Assembly: GCA_964655275.1 (NCBI GenBank)
Contig: CAZZMI010000002.1
Location: forward strand, 1 to 55,658
DNA length: 55,658 bases
Source: an uncultured Anaerolineae bacterium
Lineage (GTDB): Bacteria > Chloroflexota > Anaerolineae > SpSt-600
Direction of reading: 5' to 3'
The position numbers were made by a program, and so were the translations under genes. The notes beneath the pieces are model-generated. The model worked only from the letters and a program-made list of their open reading frames with translations. It was not told where the DNA came from and made no database searches. Numbering within the stretch: the first letter of the stretch is position 1; each line of letters starts with the position of its first letter. Below are positions 28,586 to 38,434 of the stretch, piece by piece.

Positions 28586-28614
28586 TTGCCACAAGCCAGC
28601 CTTGGGTCTAAAAT
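28586..28614 (+). promoter_or_regulatory. Sigma70-type dnaA promoter
   Basis: TTGCCA (28586-28591), 17-nt spacer, TAAAAT (28609-28614). GGAGAG lies before the GTG at 28654. Confidence 0.5.
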
Positions 28615-28653
28615 TTAATTCGCCTTTCCAATTGCGTTTGCTGGAGAGCTCTC

Positions 28654-29964
28654 GTGAGACCGGAAGAAGTTTGGCAAGCTACCCTGGGAGAATTGCAACT
28701 TAAAATGACCAGGGCCACCTTTGATACCTGGCTCAGAGGCACTACTTTCCTGGGATATGAGGACGGAACCTTTGTGATCGGTGTTCCCACGGCCTTTGCC
28801 AAAGATTGGCTTGAAAACCGGCTCAAGGGGCTTATAAAAAGGACAATTTCCAGCATAATGGGCAGGACAGTGGAAATAAACTTTGTAGTTCAACCCCCTC
28901 CGCCGCCAAAGCTTAAAGAGATTCCTCCGCTTTTTCAGGATAAAGCCAAATCCTTCGCCTTTCACCCCGATTACACCTTTGAAAATTTCACGGTGGGACC
29001 TGGCAACAGGCTGGCTTATAATGCAGCTCTCGCTGTAGCCAGGGGCGAGTCGCAGGGATATAACCCTCTCTTCATCTATGGTGGTGTGGGTCTGGGCAAA
29101 ACTCACCTCCTTCACGCCATAGGCCATTACGCCACCAGAAATTACCGCAGAGCCCTCTATATTTCGGCTGAAGATTTCACCAACGACTTCATAAACTCCA
29201 TCCGCCAGAAGCGAACGGGGGATTTCCGAGCCCGTTACCGGAACATTGACCTCTTTCTCATTGATGATATCCAGTTCCTGGCAGGGAAAGAGGGGGTGCA
29301 GGAAGAGCTATTCCATACCTTTAACGCCCTCCACAAAAACCAGAAGCAGATCGTGATAGCCAGCGACCGCCCTCCGAAGACCATTAACCCACTGGCAGAG
29401 AGGTTAAGGTCCAGGTTTGAAGGAGGGCTTGTGGTGGAAATCAAGCCCCCCGATCTGCAAACCCGCATGGCCATACTTAAAGCCAAAGCCTGTCAAAAGG
29501 GAATTGAGCTTTCGGAGGAAGTGGTGGAGTTCATAGCCTCAAAAGTCCAGAGCAATGTAAGGGAGCTGGAGGGGGTTTTAAATAAGATTACAGCCCACTT
29601 CCATTTTCTGGGCGTAAAACCCACGCTGGAAACTGTTTCCCTGATCTTGAACGGTCATCTGGAAGAAGACAAAAGTTTATCTCCGGAGAAGGTCATAGAA
29701 TCAGTAGCAAAATTCTTCAACCTTTCCCCCGAAGACCTCAAAAGCTCCAGCCGGGATCGGGAAGTAACCTTTGCTCGCCAAATGGCGATGTATTTGCTAA
29801 GGGATTGCCTTTCCCTCTCCTTTCCCCAGATAGCGAAACTTCTGGGAGGGCGGGATCATACTACCGTGGTCTATGGGTGCGAGAAGATTTCCCGCCTCCT
29901 CAGGACGGACGAAAGCATTGGAAAGCAGCTTTCCCTCCTCAAAGATTACATCCGCCAGCGATAA
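28654..29964 (+). CDS. dnaA: Chromosomal replication initiator protein DnaA
   Basis: 436-aa ORF with a GTG start. Walker A 'GGVGLGKTHL', 'LIDDIQFLAGKE', and domain IV 'REVTFARQMAMYL...GGRDHTTV'. Confidence 0.95.
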   Translation: MRPEEVWQATLGELQLKMTRATFDTWLRGTTFLGYEDGTFVIGVPTAFAKDWLENRLKGLIKRTISSIMGRTVEINFVVQPPPPPKLKEIPPLFQDKAKSFAFHPDYTFENFTVGPGNRLAYNAALAVARGESQGYNPLFIYGGVGLGKTHLLHAIGHYATRNYRRALYISAEDFTNDFINSIRQKRTGDFRARYRNIDLFLIDDIQFLAGKEGVQEELFHTFNALHKNQKQIVIASDRPPKTINPLAERLRSRFEGGLVVEIKPPDLQTRMAILKAKACQKGIELSEEVVEFIASKVQSNVRELEGVLNKITAHFHFLGVKPTLETVSLILNGHLEEDKSLSPEKVIESVAKFFNLSPEDLKSSSRDREVTFARQMAMYLLRDCLSLSFPQIAKLLGGRDHTTVVYGCEKISRLLRTDESIGKQLSLLKDYIRQR

Positions 29965-29968
29965 GCGA

Positions 29969-29996
29969 TTTTCCACAGTTTTCTCCATAATCCACA
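29969..29996 (+). promoter_or_regulatory. Pair of direct DnaA boxes downstream of dnaA (candidate oriC element)
   Basis: TTTTCCACA (29969-29977) and TAATCCACA (29988-29996) each have 1 mismatch to TTATCCACA. A weaker inverted box, GGAGGATAA, lies at 30040-30048. Confidence 0.55.
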
Positions 29997-30093
29997 GGCC
30001 TACTACTACCTTTATCTTCCTTTTGACTTATGAGGTGGTGGAGGATAAAATCTCTTTGGAGTTCGGGAAATTGGGGAAAACTGGAGGGGCGAT

Positions 30094-31743
30094 ATGATTC
30101 CGCTGAGGATAAAGGTGGAAAACTTCTTAAGCTACAGGCATTTGGAAGCTTTAGATCTGCGTGGTATTAACATCGCTTGCCTCTGGGGGGAGAACGGAAG
30201 TGGGAAATCTGCCCTTCTTGATGCTATAACCTGGGCCTTGTGGGGTAAAACTTCCCGGGGCGGCACTTCACGAGAGCTGGTGCACCTTGGGGCAGAAGGG
30301 ATGAGCGTGGAATTAGAGTTCCAGGCTGGCCAGCATATATACAAGGTTAAAAGGGTTTACAACAAATTTAAAGACCCTCACCAGCAGCTTTTCCTCATGC
30401 ACTGGGATGAAAGAAGGGGGGATTTTTTGCCCATAACAGAAGCAGGTCTTACGGAAACGGAGGAGAAGATTAAGAAGATTATCCGGATGGATTACGATAC
30501 TTTTGTGAACTCCGCTTTCCTGGTGCAGGGCAAAGCCGGGGAATTTACCTCCAAGCCCCCCTCTGAGCGCAAGGAAGTTCTGGGCAAAATCCTTGGCCTT
30601 GACCAGTACGACCGTTTTGAGGAAAAAGCCCGGGAAAAGAAGAAAGCGGCTGATATAAGGGAAGCCGAAATCAAAGGTAGGCTCAAGCAAATAGAGTTAG
30701 AGATAGAGAAAGAAAAGGGTCTGGAAGAAAGGCTGGAAATTGCCAGGAAAAATTACGAAATTTTTCAAAATTCCTGCGCCAGGTTGCAAAGGGAGAAGGA
30801 AGAAATTGCGAAAAATCTCTGGGAACTGGACATTAGTTTGGAGAAATTGAAGCAGGCTCAAAACAGGATAAGGGAACTGGACCGGGAAATTGAGGAGATA
30901 AGCCAGGAGATAGAGGAGGCCAGGAAACGCATTGAGGGTTACAGGAAAACGATTCGGGAGGAAAGTGTGATCTTGGCAGGCCTTGAAAGGCTTCGGCAGG
31001 TTCGCCAGGAATTGGAGGAAGTGGAGGGAGAAATTGACAGGCTTAAGCCTTTGAGGGATAAGGCAAAGGAGCTGGAAGCCAGGATTAGCGAAGAGAAAGG
31101 TCGGGTAGAATCTCAACTTAGGGAGCTGGAAAAGCGGAACAGGGAGCTGGAAAGAGAAGCTTTAGCCCTGGAAAGTTGTCGTCTGGAGCTGGAAAGGGTG
31201 GAGGGGGAACTTAACCGGATGGAAAAGCTTGAGGAGGAAGTGGCGGGATGGGAAACAACGGTAGAGGGCCTCAAGGAGGAAATTGGCAGAGTGGAAAAGG
31301 AGAAAGCCCTGGTCCTGGAGGAAATCCGGAGGTTAGGGGAGCAATTGGAAATGCTCGGGGAAGCCGAAGCTTTCTGCCCCCTCTGCGGTCAACCTCTTCC
31401 CTCTCACCGAAAGGATGAGCTTCTTGAGGAATTCCGCAGGCGTATTGAAGAAAAGGGGGCATCTGTCAGAGCCAGTGAGGAGAGCATTGCAAAGCTGGAA
31501 GAAGAAAGGAGAAGGCTTCTGGCGAGGGTGAAAGAAGCGCAGGAATCCTTGCGACTTAAAGGGGAACTCATGGCCCAGAAAGGGCGGTTAGAAGAAAAGA
31601 GGAGAAGCGCTGAGCAGGCAACCCGGGAATTTGAGGCTCTTAAAGCCCGCATAGCAGAGTTGGAGAGAGTCCTTAGGGAGGGAAAATTTGCCCGGAGTTG
31701 CAGATTGAAAGGGAAGCCCTGGAGGAAAGTCTTGCGCGGCTGA
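30094..31743 (+). CDS. SbcC/Rad50-like SMC-type ATPase, N-terminal fragment (gene split by a frameshift)
   Basis: Walker A 'GENGSGKSALLDAI', a long Glu/Arg/Lys-rich coiled coil, and zinc hook 'CPLCGQPL'. The frame ends 46 nt after the next fragment begins. Confidence 0.8.
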   Translation: MIPLRIKVENFLSYRHLEALDLRGINIACLWGENGSGKSALLDAITWALWGKTSRGGTSRELVHLGAEGMSVELEFQAGQHIYKVKRVYNKFKDPHQQLFLMHWDERRGDFLPITEAGLTETEEKIKKIIRMDYDTFVNSAFLVQGKAGEFTSKPPSERKEVLGKILGLDQYDRFEEKAREKKKAADIREAEIKGRLKQIELEIEKEKGLEERLEIARKNYEIFQNSCARLQREKEEIAKNLWELDISLEKLKQAQNRIRELDREIEEISQEIEEARKRIEGYRKTIREESVILAGLERLRQVRQELEEVEGEIDRLKPLRDKAKELEARISEEKGRVESQLRELEKRNRELEREALALESCRLELERVEGELNRMEKLEEEVAGWETTVEGLKEEIGRVEKEKALVLEEIRRLGEQLEMLGEAEAFCPLCGQPLPSHRKDELLEEFRRRIEEKGASVRASEESIAKLEEERRRLLARVKEAQESLRLKGELMAQKGRLEEKRRSAEQATREFEALKARIAELERVLREGKFARSCRLKGKPWRKVLRG

Positions 31744-32660
31744 GGGAACGCGAGGAGAAGCGGGAAGCACTTATCCGTCAGGAAAGGGAGCTGAGCCAGT
31801 GGGAGTTGAGGGCCAAGGATCTGGAGAGAGCCCGGGAGAGCCTTCAGCGGGAGGAAATTTTTGTGGAAGATTGGGTGAGGAGGTTGCAGGAAAAGTTGAG
31901 GGCGAGGGAGGAAGAGGAGCGTAAGGTTAAGGAGCTGGAGGATAAGGTAATTGAGAGGGAAAAGGTGATGCAGAAGTGGGAGGAGAAGGAGAGGGAGCTG
32001 GAGGAGGCTTCTCGGAAGAGGGATGAGGCCTGGGAGGAAGTAATTGACCTTGAGCGAAGGGTCAGGCGCCTGGAGGAACTTCGTTCGGAGAAGGAGGGGA
32101 TGGAGAAAGAGCTGGCTTCGGTTCAGGAGGAAGGCCGGATTTATCAGGAACTGGCCGATGCCTTTGGCAAAAATGGGGTTCAGGCTTTAATAATTGAGAA
32201 AGCCATCCCCGAATTGGAAGAGGAGGCCAATCGGCTCCTGGGCCACATGACCAGCGGGCGGATGAATGTGCGGTTTGAGACGCAGAAATATACTTTGGAG
32301 GGCAAAGTTAAGGAGACGCTGGAGATAAAAATAGCGGATGAGAAGGGGACCAGGGATTACAGGCTCTATTCAGGAGGGGAGAGCTTCAGGGTGGATCTGG
32401 CCATAAGGATAGCTCTGGCCCGGCTCCTGGCCCGGCGAGCCGGCGCACCCCTGTCGGTCCTCTTCGTTGATGAGGGATTTGGGACCCAGGATTCCGAAGG
32501 GCTTGAGAAGGTGGTGGAGGCAATAAATTCCATCAGGGATGAATTCAAGTTCATCTTAGTGATAACTCACCTGGAGGAGCTGAAGGAGAGGTTCCCGGTT
32601 CGGATAGAAGTAACCAAAACTCCCTCTGGTTCCACTGCGGAGGTGGTGAGGGTCTGGTGA
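31698..32660 (+). CDS. SbcC/Rad50-like SMC-type ATPase, C-terminal fragment
   Basis: The coiled coil continues, followed by signature 'LYSGGESFRVDLAIRIALA' and Walker B/D-loop 'VLFVDEGFGTQD'. This frame is open from 31677. Confidence 0.8.
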   Translation: MQIEREALEESLARLREREEKREALIRQERELSQWELRAKDLERARESLQREEIFVEDWVRRLQEKLRAREEEERKVKELEDKVIEREKVMQKWEEKERELEEASRKRDEAWEEVIDLERRVRRLEELRSEKEGMEKELASVQEEGRIYQELADAFGKNGVQALIIEKAIPELEEEANRLLGHMTSGRMNVRFETQKYTLEGKVKETLEIKIADEKGTRDYRLYSGGESFRVDLAIRIALARLLARRAGAPLSVLFVDEGFGTQDSEGLEKVVEAINSIRDEFKFILVITHLEELKERFPVRIEVTKTPSGSTAEVVRVW

Positions 32661-33391
32661 TGTTTCACGTGAAACATCCCATCTGTAGCTACGAAGGCGT
32701 TCCCTACACAGAGTTCTGGAAGGGAAGGCAGTACGAAGATCTGGCCGAGCGCATCGCCCTTAAGCGCCTCCTTCCTCCGAAAAGCCCTTTGCTGCTGGAC
32801 ATAGGGGCCGGCTTCGGGCGCCTGGCGGACCTTTACTACGGGGCGGAAAAGGTTGTCCTCTTAGATTGCTCTTTCTCCCAGCTTAAGGAAGCTAAGGAGC
32901 GTTGGGGCCGGGACCCCCGTTTCTCCTTCCTGGTAGCTGATTTATATAACCTTCCATTCCCCCATCAAACCTTTGACACCGCTGTCATGGTAAGGGTAAT
33001 CCACCACGTGGCCGACGTTCATTCGGCCCTTTCGGAAATAAGGAGGGTTATTAAGAGCGGAGGAACTTTTATCCTGGAATATGCCAACAAAAGGCATTTG
33101 AAAGCTATAATCCTTTACATCCTGCGCCGGCGTCCAAGCCCATTTTCACCTGAACCCCTGGAGTTTGCTTCCATGCACTTTGATTTCCACCCCGCCTGGA
33201 TGGAGGAAGCCCTTAAGGGAACCGGCTTTATCCCCCTTGAAACCCTCTCCCTCTCCTTCTTCCGAATCCAGGCCCTGAAAAGGCTTTTACCTCCACGGCT
33301 GCTCGCCTTTCTGGACGGTCTCCTTCAGAAGCCCATGGCTCCTTTTAAACTTACCCCCAGCATGATGGTCAAAAGCCAGGCTGTGGGTTAA
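32657..33391 (+). CDS. Class I SAM-dependent methyltransferase
   Basis: 244-aa ORF. Motif I 'LLLDIGAGFGRL'. 4-nt overlap with the upstream gene. Confidence 0.75.
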   Translation: MMFHVKHPICSYEGVPYTEFWKGRQYEDLAERIALKRLLPPKSPLLLDIGAGFGRLADLYYGAEKVVLLDCSFSQLKEAKERWGRDPRFSFLVADLYNLPFPHQTFDTAVMVRVIHHVADVHSALSEIRRVIKSGGTFILEYANKRHLKAIILYILRRRPSPFSPEPLEFASMHFDFHPAWMEEALKGTGFIPLETLSLSFFRIQALKRLLPPRLLAFLDGLLQKPMAPFKLTPSMMVKSQAVG

Positions 33392-33819
33392 TCCCGGACC
33401 TCTATTTCAACTTCTTCAGGTTTACCGCTGGCCAGGCTAAAGGCCTTGACTGCAGGCTTATAAGGGTCAATCAAAGAAACTATGAGGTAAACGGCTTCAG
33501 GATAATACGCCATCTCAAGGTCCATTGCTGAAGGATAAGGAGGGGATGAGGGGTGCGAGTGATATACCCCCACAATCTCCCAACCCATCTCTTCTATTTC
33601 CTGCATGGCCCTGAACTGAGCTTCAGGCTCGGCTCTATAGCGAAACGGGCTCTTTTCCGCATTAGGGAGAGGGTAAACTTTTTCCACTTTGCCCTCCTTC
33701 CCCCCCAGGAGACCGCAGGCTTCGTAAGGGTTTTCTTCCAGGGCATGGGCTATAATTTCCTCCAGATGTTTTCGGGCTAAAATCAGCTTCAAGGTCATAA
33801 AACCCCCCCTTACCTCCAT
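33388..33819 (-). CDS. JAMM/MPN+ family metalloprotease (Mov34/Mec+-like)
   Basis: 143-aa ORF. 'EACGLL' Glu plus '[14 protein letters not shown]' (HxHx7Sx2D JAMM motif). Confidence 0.8.
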   Translation of the reverse strand: MEVRGGFMTLKLILARKHLEEIIAHALEENPYEACGLLGGKEGKVEKVYPLPNAEKSPFRYRAEPEAQFRAMQEIEEMGWEIVGVYHSHPSSPPYPSAMDLEMAYYPEAVYLIVSLIDPYKPAVKAFSLASGKPEEVEIEVRD

Positions 33820-33861
33820 TTTATCAATTTGCGCATATCCTCAGAAATCGGTGGTCTCCAC

Positions 33862-33890
33862 TTGAAGCATCACCTCCGTTGATGTATAAT
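33862..33890 (+). promoter_or_regulatory. Sigma70-type gyrA promoter
   Basis: TTGAAG (33862-33867), 17-nt spacer, TATAAT (33885-33890). AGGAGGG at 33903-33909 precedes an in-frame GTG at 33915. Confidence 0.45.
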
Positions 33891-33914
33891 TCCTCCAGCG
33901 CAAGGAGGGAAAAG

Positions 33915-36335
33915 GTGGAGGTCGGAACAATTATACCCGTGGATATTGAAGAGGAAATGAAAGGGGCCTACCTGGATTACGCCATGAGCGTAATCGTTTC
34001 CAGGGCCCTCCCGGATGTCCGCGATGGCTTGAAGCCTGTCCAGCGCCGGATCCTTTATACCATGCACGACATGGGCTTAAGCCCCGATAAACCCTACCGT
34101 AAGAGCGCCCGTATTGTGGGAGAAGTTCTGGGGAAGTTCCACCCCCACGGCGATGCGGCCGTGTACGAAGCGCTGGCCAGAATGGCTCAGGATTTTACCC
34201 TCCGTTATCCTTTGATTGATGGTCAGGGCAATTTCGGCTCCATTGATGGCGACCCGCCCGCTGCCATGCGCTATACCGAGGCTCGTCTAAGTCCCATAGC
34301 TACAGAAATGCTGGCAGACATAGAGAAAGAGACGGTGGACTGGACCGATAACTTTGATGGTTCCCTTAAAGAGCCTACAGTCCTTCCAGCCAAACTCCCG
34401 AACCTCCTGATAAATGGTTCTTCAGGCATCGCCGTAGGAATGGCTACCAGCATACCACCCCACAACCTCAAAGAGGTAGCTCAGGCCATAGCTTTTGTGG
34501 TGGATAATTACGCGAAACTTGAGGAAATTTCCCTGGAAGACCTCATGAGGTTTGTGAAGGGCCCCGATTTCCCGACCGGGGGGATCGTCCTGGGCTATGA
34601 GGGCCTCAAAGCCGCTTATGCTACCGGAAAAGGCATCATTACCATAAGGGCTCTGACCCGCATAGAGGAGATAAAGGGTGGCCGTTACGCTATCATCGTG
34701 ACTCAGATCCCTTACCAGATAAACAAATCCTCCCTCCTGGAGCGAATTGCTGAACTTGTCCGGGCTGGCCGCCTGGATGAAATAGCTGACCTCAGGGACG
34801 AATCCGACCGGGAAGGGATGAGCATAGTTATTGAGCTTAAGCGCGGGGCTGATCCCAAAACTGCCCTCCTCAAGCTTTTCAAATATACCCCGCTGCAGGT
34901 AACCTTTGGCATCAACATGCTGGCCCTGGTCAACGGGGAGCCCGTGCTCTTATCTCTTAAGGAGCTGATCCGCCACTACATTGAACACCGTAGGGACGTC
35001 ATTACCAGGCGAACCCGTTATGAGCTGGAAAGGGCTCGCCATCGGGTTCATATACTGGAGGGGCTTCTTGTCGCTCTTGCCAACCTGGATGAAGTGGTCA
35101 GCATAATCCGGAGTTCCCGTACTTCAGAAACCGCCCTCAAAAAACTCATGGAACGCTTCAAGCTTACGCAGGTCCAGGCCCAGGCTATCTTGGACATGCC
35201 CCTGAGGCGTCTGGTGGCTCTGGAAAGGCAAAAGCTTCAGGAAGAACACAAAGAGCTTTCCAAGGCTATCAAGGCCCTGGAGCAACTCCTCAAATACCCC
35301 CGCAAGATCCTGGAGCTCATTAAGCAAGAGGTCCTGGAACTTGCCCAGAAATACGGCGATGCCAGACGCACTCAGGTCCTGCATCGTGAGGTGGAAATCC
35401 TGACAGAGGAAGACCTTGTAGCCAGGGAGGAAGTGCTGATTTCAATAACGGGCCGGGGTTTCGTTCAGAAGACGCCTTTCCGAAGCTGCAGGGCTTCAAA
35501 GGCCGGTAAAGAAAGCCTGACTTTGGATGTAGCTGACGGGGATTACCTCGCTTTGACCCTGAAGGCTGAGAGCATTGACCAGGTCCTGGTACTAACCGAT
35601 AGGGGCAGGCTTTATAGCTTTAAGCCTTATCAGGTTGAGGGGCGTTTCTCTTTACCTTTAAACGGTGAAGAGCGCCCTGTAGCAGCCCTTATCACCCCTC
35701 CCAACATTACCGGGAGTTCCCTGGTCCTTTTCACAGAGCAGGGCAAGGTGAAAAGGCTTGACTTTAATGACATTATGCCGGTGCGCTCAACAGGCTTGGC
35801 GATCATAAAATTGGGTGAAGATGATAAACCTGTGGCCATGTCCCTGGCCACAGATAAGGATGAACTTTTCATGGTCACCGCTGGCGGGTTAGCCCTGCGC
35901 TTCCCAGCTTCAGAAGTCCGTCCAATGGGCCGGGATGCAGCCGGGGTTCTTGGTATCAAACTGAGGGAAGGGGATAAAGTGGTAGGAGCCGGGACCGTTC
36001 ACCCTGATGGCTTCCTCCTTCTCTTGACCGATAATGGTTATGTCAAGCGCATGGCATTCAATCTCTTCCCCTCCCAGCACCGTTATGGTCAGGGGGTAGT
36101 AGCAAGTGGGGGCAAGCCTGAGAAGGTTGGCCTGGTGGTGGCAGCTCTGGCCCTTTGCTCTGATGATGAATTCCTGGCCTTTTCCGATAAAGGCAAGGTA
36201 TGGCGGATAAAGGCAGAGGAAGTTCCTTCCAAGAGCCGGCCGGCTGTACCGGAAGCCATGATCGCCCTGGGCAAGGGGGAAAAGGTTAAGGGGGCAGGAG
36301 CGGCTTATGGAGGATTGGGCCCTTGTTCTGGATAA
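33915..36335 (+). CDS. gyrA: DNA gyrase subunit A (type IIA topoisomerase A subunit)
   Basis: ORF is open from 33879. The SD-supported GTG at 33915 gives '[44 protein letters not shown]'. Contains the catalytic Tyr region '[10 protein letters not shown]'. The C-terminal beta-pinwheel has no canonical GyrA box. Confidence 0.9.
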   Translation: MEVGTIIPVDIEEEMKGAYLDYAMSVIVSRALPDVRDGLKPVQRRILYTMHDMGLSPDKPYRKSARIVGEVLGKFHPHGDAAVYEALARMAQDFTLRYPLIDGQGNFGSIDGDPPAAMRYTEARLSPIATEMLADIEKETVDWTDNFDGSLKEPTVLPAKLPNLLINGSSGIAVGMATSIPPHNLKEVAQAIAFVVDNYAKLEEISLEDLMRFVKGPDFPTGGIVLGYEGLKAAYATGKGIITIRALTRIEEIKGGRYAIIVTQIPYQINKSSLLERIAELVRAGRLDEIADLRDESDREGMSIVIELKRGADPKTALLKLFKYTPLQVTFGINMLALVNGEPVLLSLKELIRHYIEHRRDVITRRTRYELERARHRVHILEGLLVALANLDEVVSIIRSSRTSETALKKLMERFKLTQVQAQAILDMPLRRLVALERQKLQEEHKELSKAIKALEQLLKYPRKILELIKQEVLELAQKYGDARRTQVLHREVEILTEEDLVAREEVLISITGRGFVQKTPFRSCRASKAGKESLTLDVADGDYLALTLKAESIDQVLVLTDRGRLYSFKPYQVEGRFSLPLNGEERPVAALITPPNITGSSLVLFTEQGKVKRLDFNDIMPVRSTGLAIIKLGEDDKPVAMSLATDKDELFMVTAGGLALRFPASEVRPMGRDAAGVLGIKLREGDKVVGAGTVHPDGFLLLLTDNGYVKRMAFNLFPSQHRYGQGVVASGGKPEKVGLVVAALALCSDDEFLAFSDKGKVWRIKAEEVPSKSRPAVPEAMIALGKGEKVKGAGAAYGGLGPCSG

Positions 36336-37677
36336 AAAACCCGGGCAATTAGTGGAGTTCATGCCCGAGGTTGATCCCGATTCCCTGGCGGAGACCCTCA
36401 TCGCCTTCGCCAATGCCGATGGTGGGGCGATCTACATTGGTGTGGAGCCCACCGGACGCATCCGGGGTGTGCCTTCATCAGAAGAGGTGGAAGAGATTTA
36501 TACTCTGGCTCAGAGGAAATGCAGGCCACCGGTTAAAACGGAGTGGGAAAAGGTTGAAACCCCTTATGGCACCGTCCTGATCCTTCTGGTTTACCGGAGC
36601 ATTGACCTTCACAGCCTTGAAGACGGCAGGGTTTACCTGAGGGTTGGAGCGGAAAACAGGCTTTTGAGCGGGGAGGAAATAAGGAGGCTGGCCTCCACAA
36701 AGCCCATAAGTGCTTACGAGGAAGAGCCAGTCCCCGGGGCAACTATCAAGGATTTGAGCGAAGAGATAATTGAAGAATACCTGAAGAAGCGAGAGGAAAG
36801 GAGCGGCCGCCGCCCTCAGGGCACGGTGGAGGAAATTTTGAAGGAAATCGGAGCTCTGACCAGGCAGGGTGAGCCCACAGTGGCGGGAATCCTTTTATTT
36901 GGGGTCAACCCCCAATTCTTTCTCCCCCAAAGCGGCCTTGTTTTCGTCCGTTTCGTGGGAAACGAGGCCAGAAGGCCGGAAGGAACCGTGGGGTATGGCC
37001 GGAGGGAGGAGATAGGCGGACCTCTGTGCCGGATCATTGAGCGGGCCTGGGAAGTCCTTTGGGAAGAGATGAAAAGGGAAGCGGTGGTTAGAGGACTTGT
37101 GCGGGAGGACAGGACCGAGTACCCTCCCTTTGCAGTGAGAGAGGCTCTGGTAAACGCAGTAGCTCACAGGGATTACCGCCTCAGGGGTCGCCGTATTGAG
37201 GTCAAAATGTACGATGATCGGCTGGAAGTCACGAGCCCAGGGGGGCTTCCAGGTTACATAACGCTGGACAACATTGTAGATGAACATTTTTCCCGTAACC
37301 CGAGGATAGTTTCGGGCCTTTATTACTGGGGTTTCATAGAGGAGCTTGGCCTCGGTATAGACATGATGATTGAGGAGATGGTGAACGCAGGCCATCCACC
37401 ACCCGAATTCAGGGCCACCCCTTACTCCTTTACCGTAGTCCTCTACAACGTTCGCGAGCGAGCTCCCATCCCGCGCTGGGAACTGGAGATGAACGAAAGA
37501 CAATTGGCAGCGATAAACTACATCCGCCAGCACGGCCGTATCACCAACCGGGAGTACAGACGCCTCTGCCCCCATGTCTCCGCCGAAACCCTTCGCCTTG
37601 ACCTGGCTGACCTGGTTGAGAAGGGGATTTTAATAAAGGTGGGCGATAAACGTGGCACTTACTACATCCTGAGGTAA
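36307..37677 (+). CDS. AlbA_2 (Schlafen-like) domain + HATPase_c_4-like + C-terminal winged-helix protein (putative ATP-dependent DNA-binding regulator)
   Basis: 456-aa ORF. The N-terminal '[19 protein letters not shown]' motif is typical of the divergent AAA/AlbA_2 domain. Also '[13 protein letters not shown]' and a C-terminal HTH-like 'ITNREYRRL...'. Overlaps the gyrA 3' end by 29 nt; alternative ATG at 36361. Confidence 0.65.
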   Translation: MEDWALVLDKKPGQLVEFMPEVDPDSLAETLIAFANADGGAIYIGVEPTGRIRGVPSSEEVEEIYTLAQRKCRPPVKTEWEKVETPYGTVLILLVYRSIDLHSLEDGRVYLRVGAENRLLSGEEIRRLASTKPISAYEEEPVPGATIKDLSEEIIEEYLKKREERSGRRPQGTVEEILKEIGALTRQGEPTVAGILLFGVNPQFFLPQSGLVFVRFVGNEARRPEGTVGYGRREEIGGPLCRIIERAWEVLWEEMKREAVVRGLVREDRTEYPPFAVREALVNAVAHRDYRLRGRRIEVKMYDDRLEVTSPGGLPGYITLDNIVDEHFSRNPRIVSGLYYWGFIEELGLGIDMMIEEMVNAGHPPPEFRATPYSFTVVLYNVRERAPIPRWELEMNERQLAAINYIRQHGRITNREYRRLCPHVSAETLRLDLADLVEKGILIKVGDKRGTYYILR

Positions 37678-37687
37678 TCGCCACCGC

Positions 37688-38386
37688 ATGGTGAAATTCA
37701 CAATACTTTTTGACAACACATCTGCTCGCAAGGGGATAAAGCCCGGCTGGGGCTTTTCAGCACTTCTGGAGGTGAACGGACGGGGAATTCTTTTTGATGC
37801 TGGCCCACATTCCCCCCTTCCTTCTCTTGAGGCCCTGAACATACCACCGGAAACCATTAAAGAAGCAGTTCTATCCCATTTCCATCCGGATCATTACGGA
37901 GGATTCGCAGATTTTCTCAGGGGAAAATCTAAGACCACCCTTTACGTTCCATCACCCATTCCGCCTGATTTGAAAGCGCAGTGGCAGGTGCTGGCAGATC
38001 TCAGGGAGGTCAAGGGGCCGATGGATCTTGGGGGTGGTGTATGGCTCACAGGCCCTATAGGTTCAAGGGTTCCCGAAATGGCCTTGCTGGCAGAAAGCCC
38101 CTCAGGTCTCCTTATGGTGGTGGGATGTGCTCATCCCGGGCTGGAGGAACTTGCCCGGAAGGCAGAAGAAATAACCGGGAAGGTCCCTCTGATTATTGCC
38201 GGAGGATTGCACATAATGGGGCTCAGGCCTCATAAAATACGCCAGGTTATGAGGAAGCTCAAGGAGATGGGCGTAAAGGGGCTTATCGGGTGCCACTGCT
38301 CTGGAAAAATTTCCCTCCGCATAGCCCGTGAGGAATTCGGGGATGAAGTCAGGAGCGGAGGGATAGGTAAATCTTTTGAATTTTGA
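37688..38386 (+). CDS. MBL-fold metallo-hydrolase
   Basis: 232-aa ORF. 'SHFHPDHYGG' (HxHxDH). Confidence 0.75.
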   Translation: MVKFTILFDNTSARKGIKPGWGFSALLEVNGRGILFDAGPHSPLPSLEALNIPPETIKEAVLSHFHPDHYGGFADFLRGKSKTTLYVPSPIPPDLKAQWQVLADLREVKGPMDLGGGVWLTGPIGSRVPEMALLAESPSGLLMVVGCAHPGLEELARKAEEITGKVPLIIAGGLHIMGLRPHKIRQVMRKLKEMGVKGLIGCHCSGKISLRIAREEFGDEVRSGGIGKSFEF

Positions 38387-38434
38387 GGGAAAGGGGGTGG
38401 GATTCTGGATTCCCTGGAACTGGCACACCGCATT

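Noticed and set aside
28615-29127. A 170-aa minus-strand ORF across the dnaA 5' region.
   Set aside because: It is antisense to dnaA and would also run through the dnaA promoter. It has no motifs.
36895-37575. A 226-aa minus-strand ORF.
   Set aside because: It is antisense to the AlbA_2-like gene and is a shadow ORF with no recognisable features.
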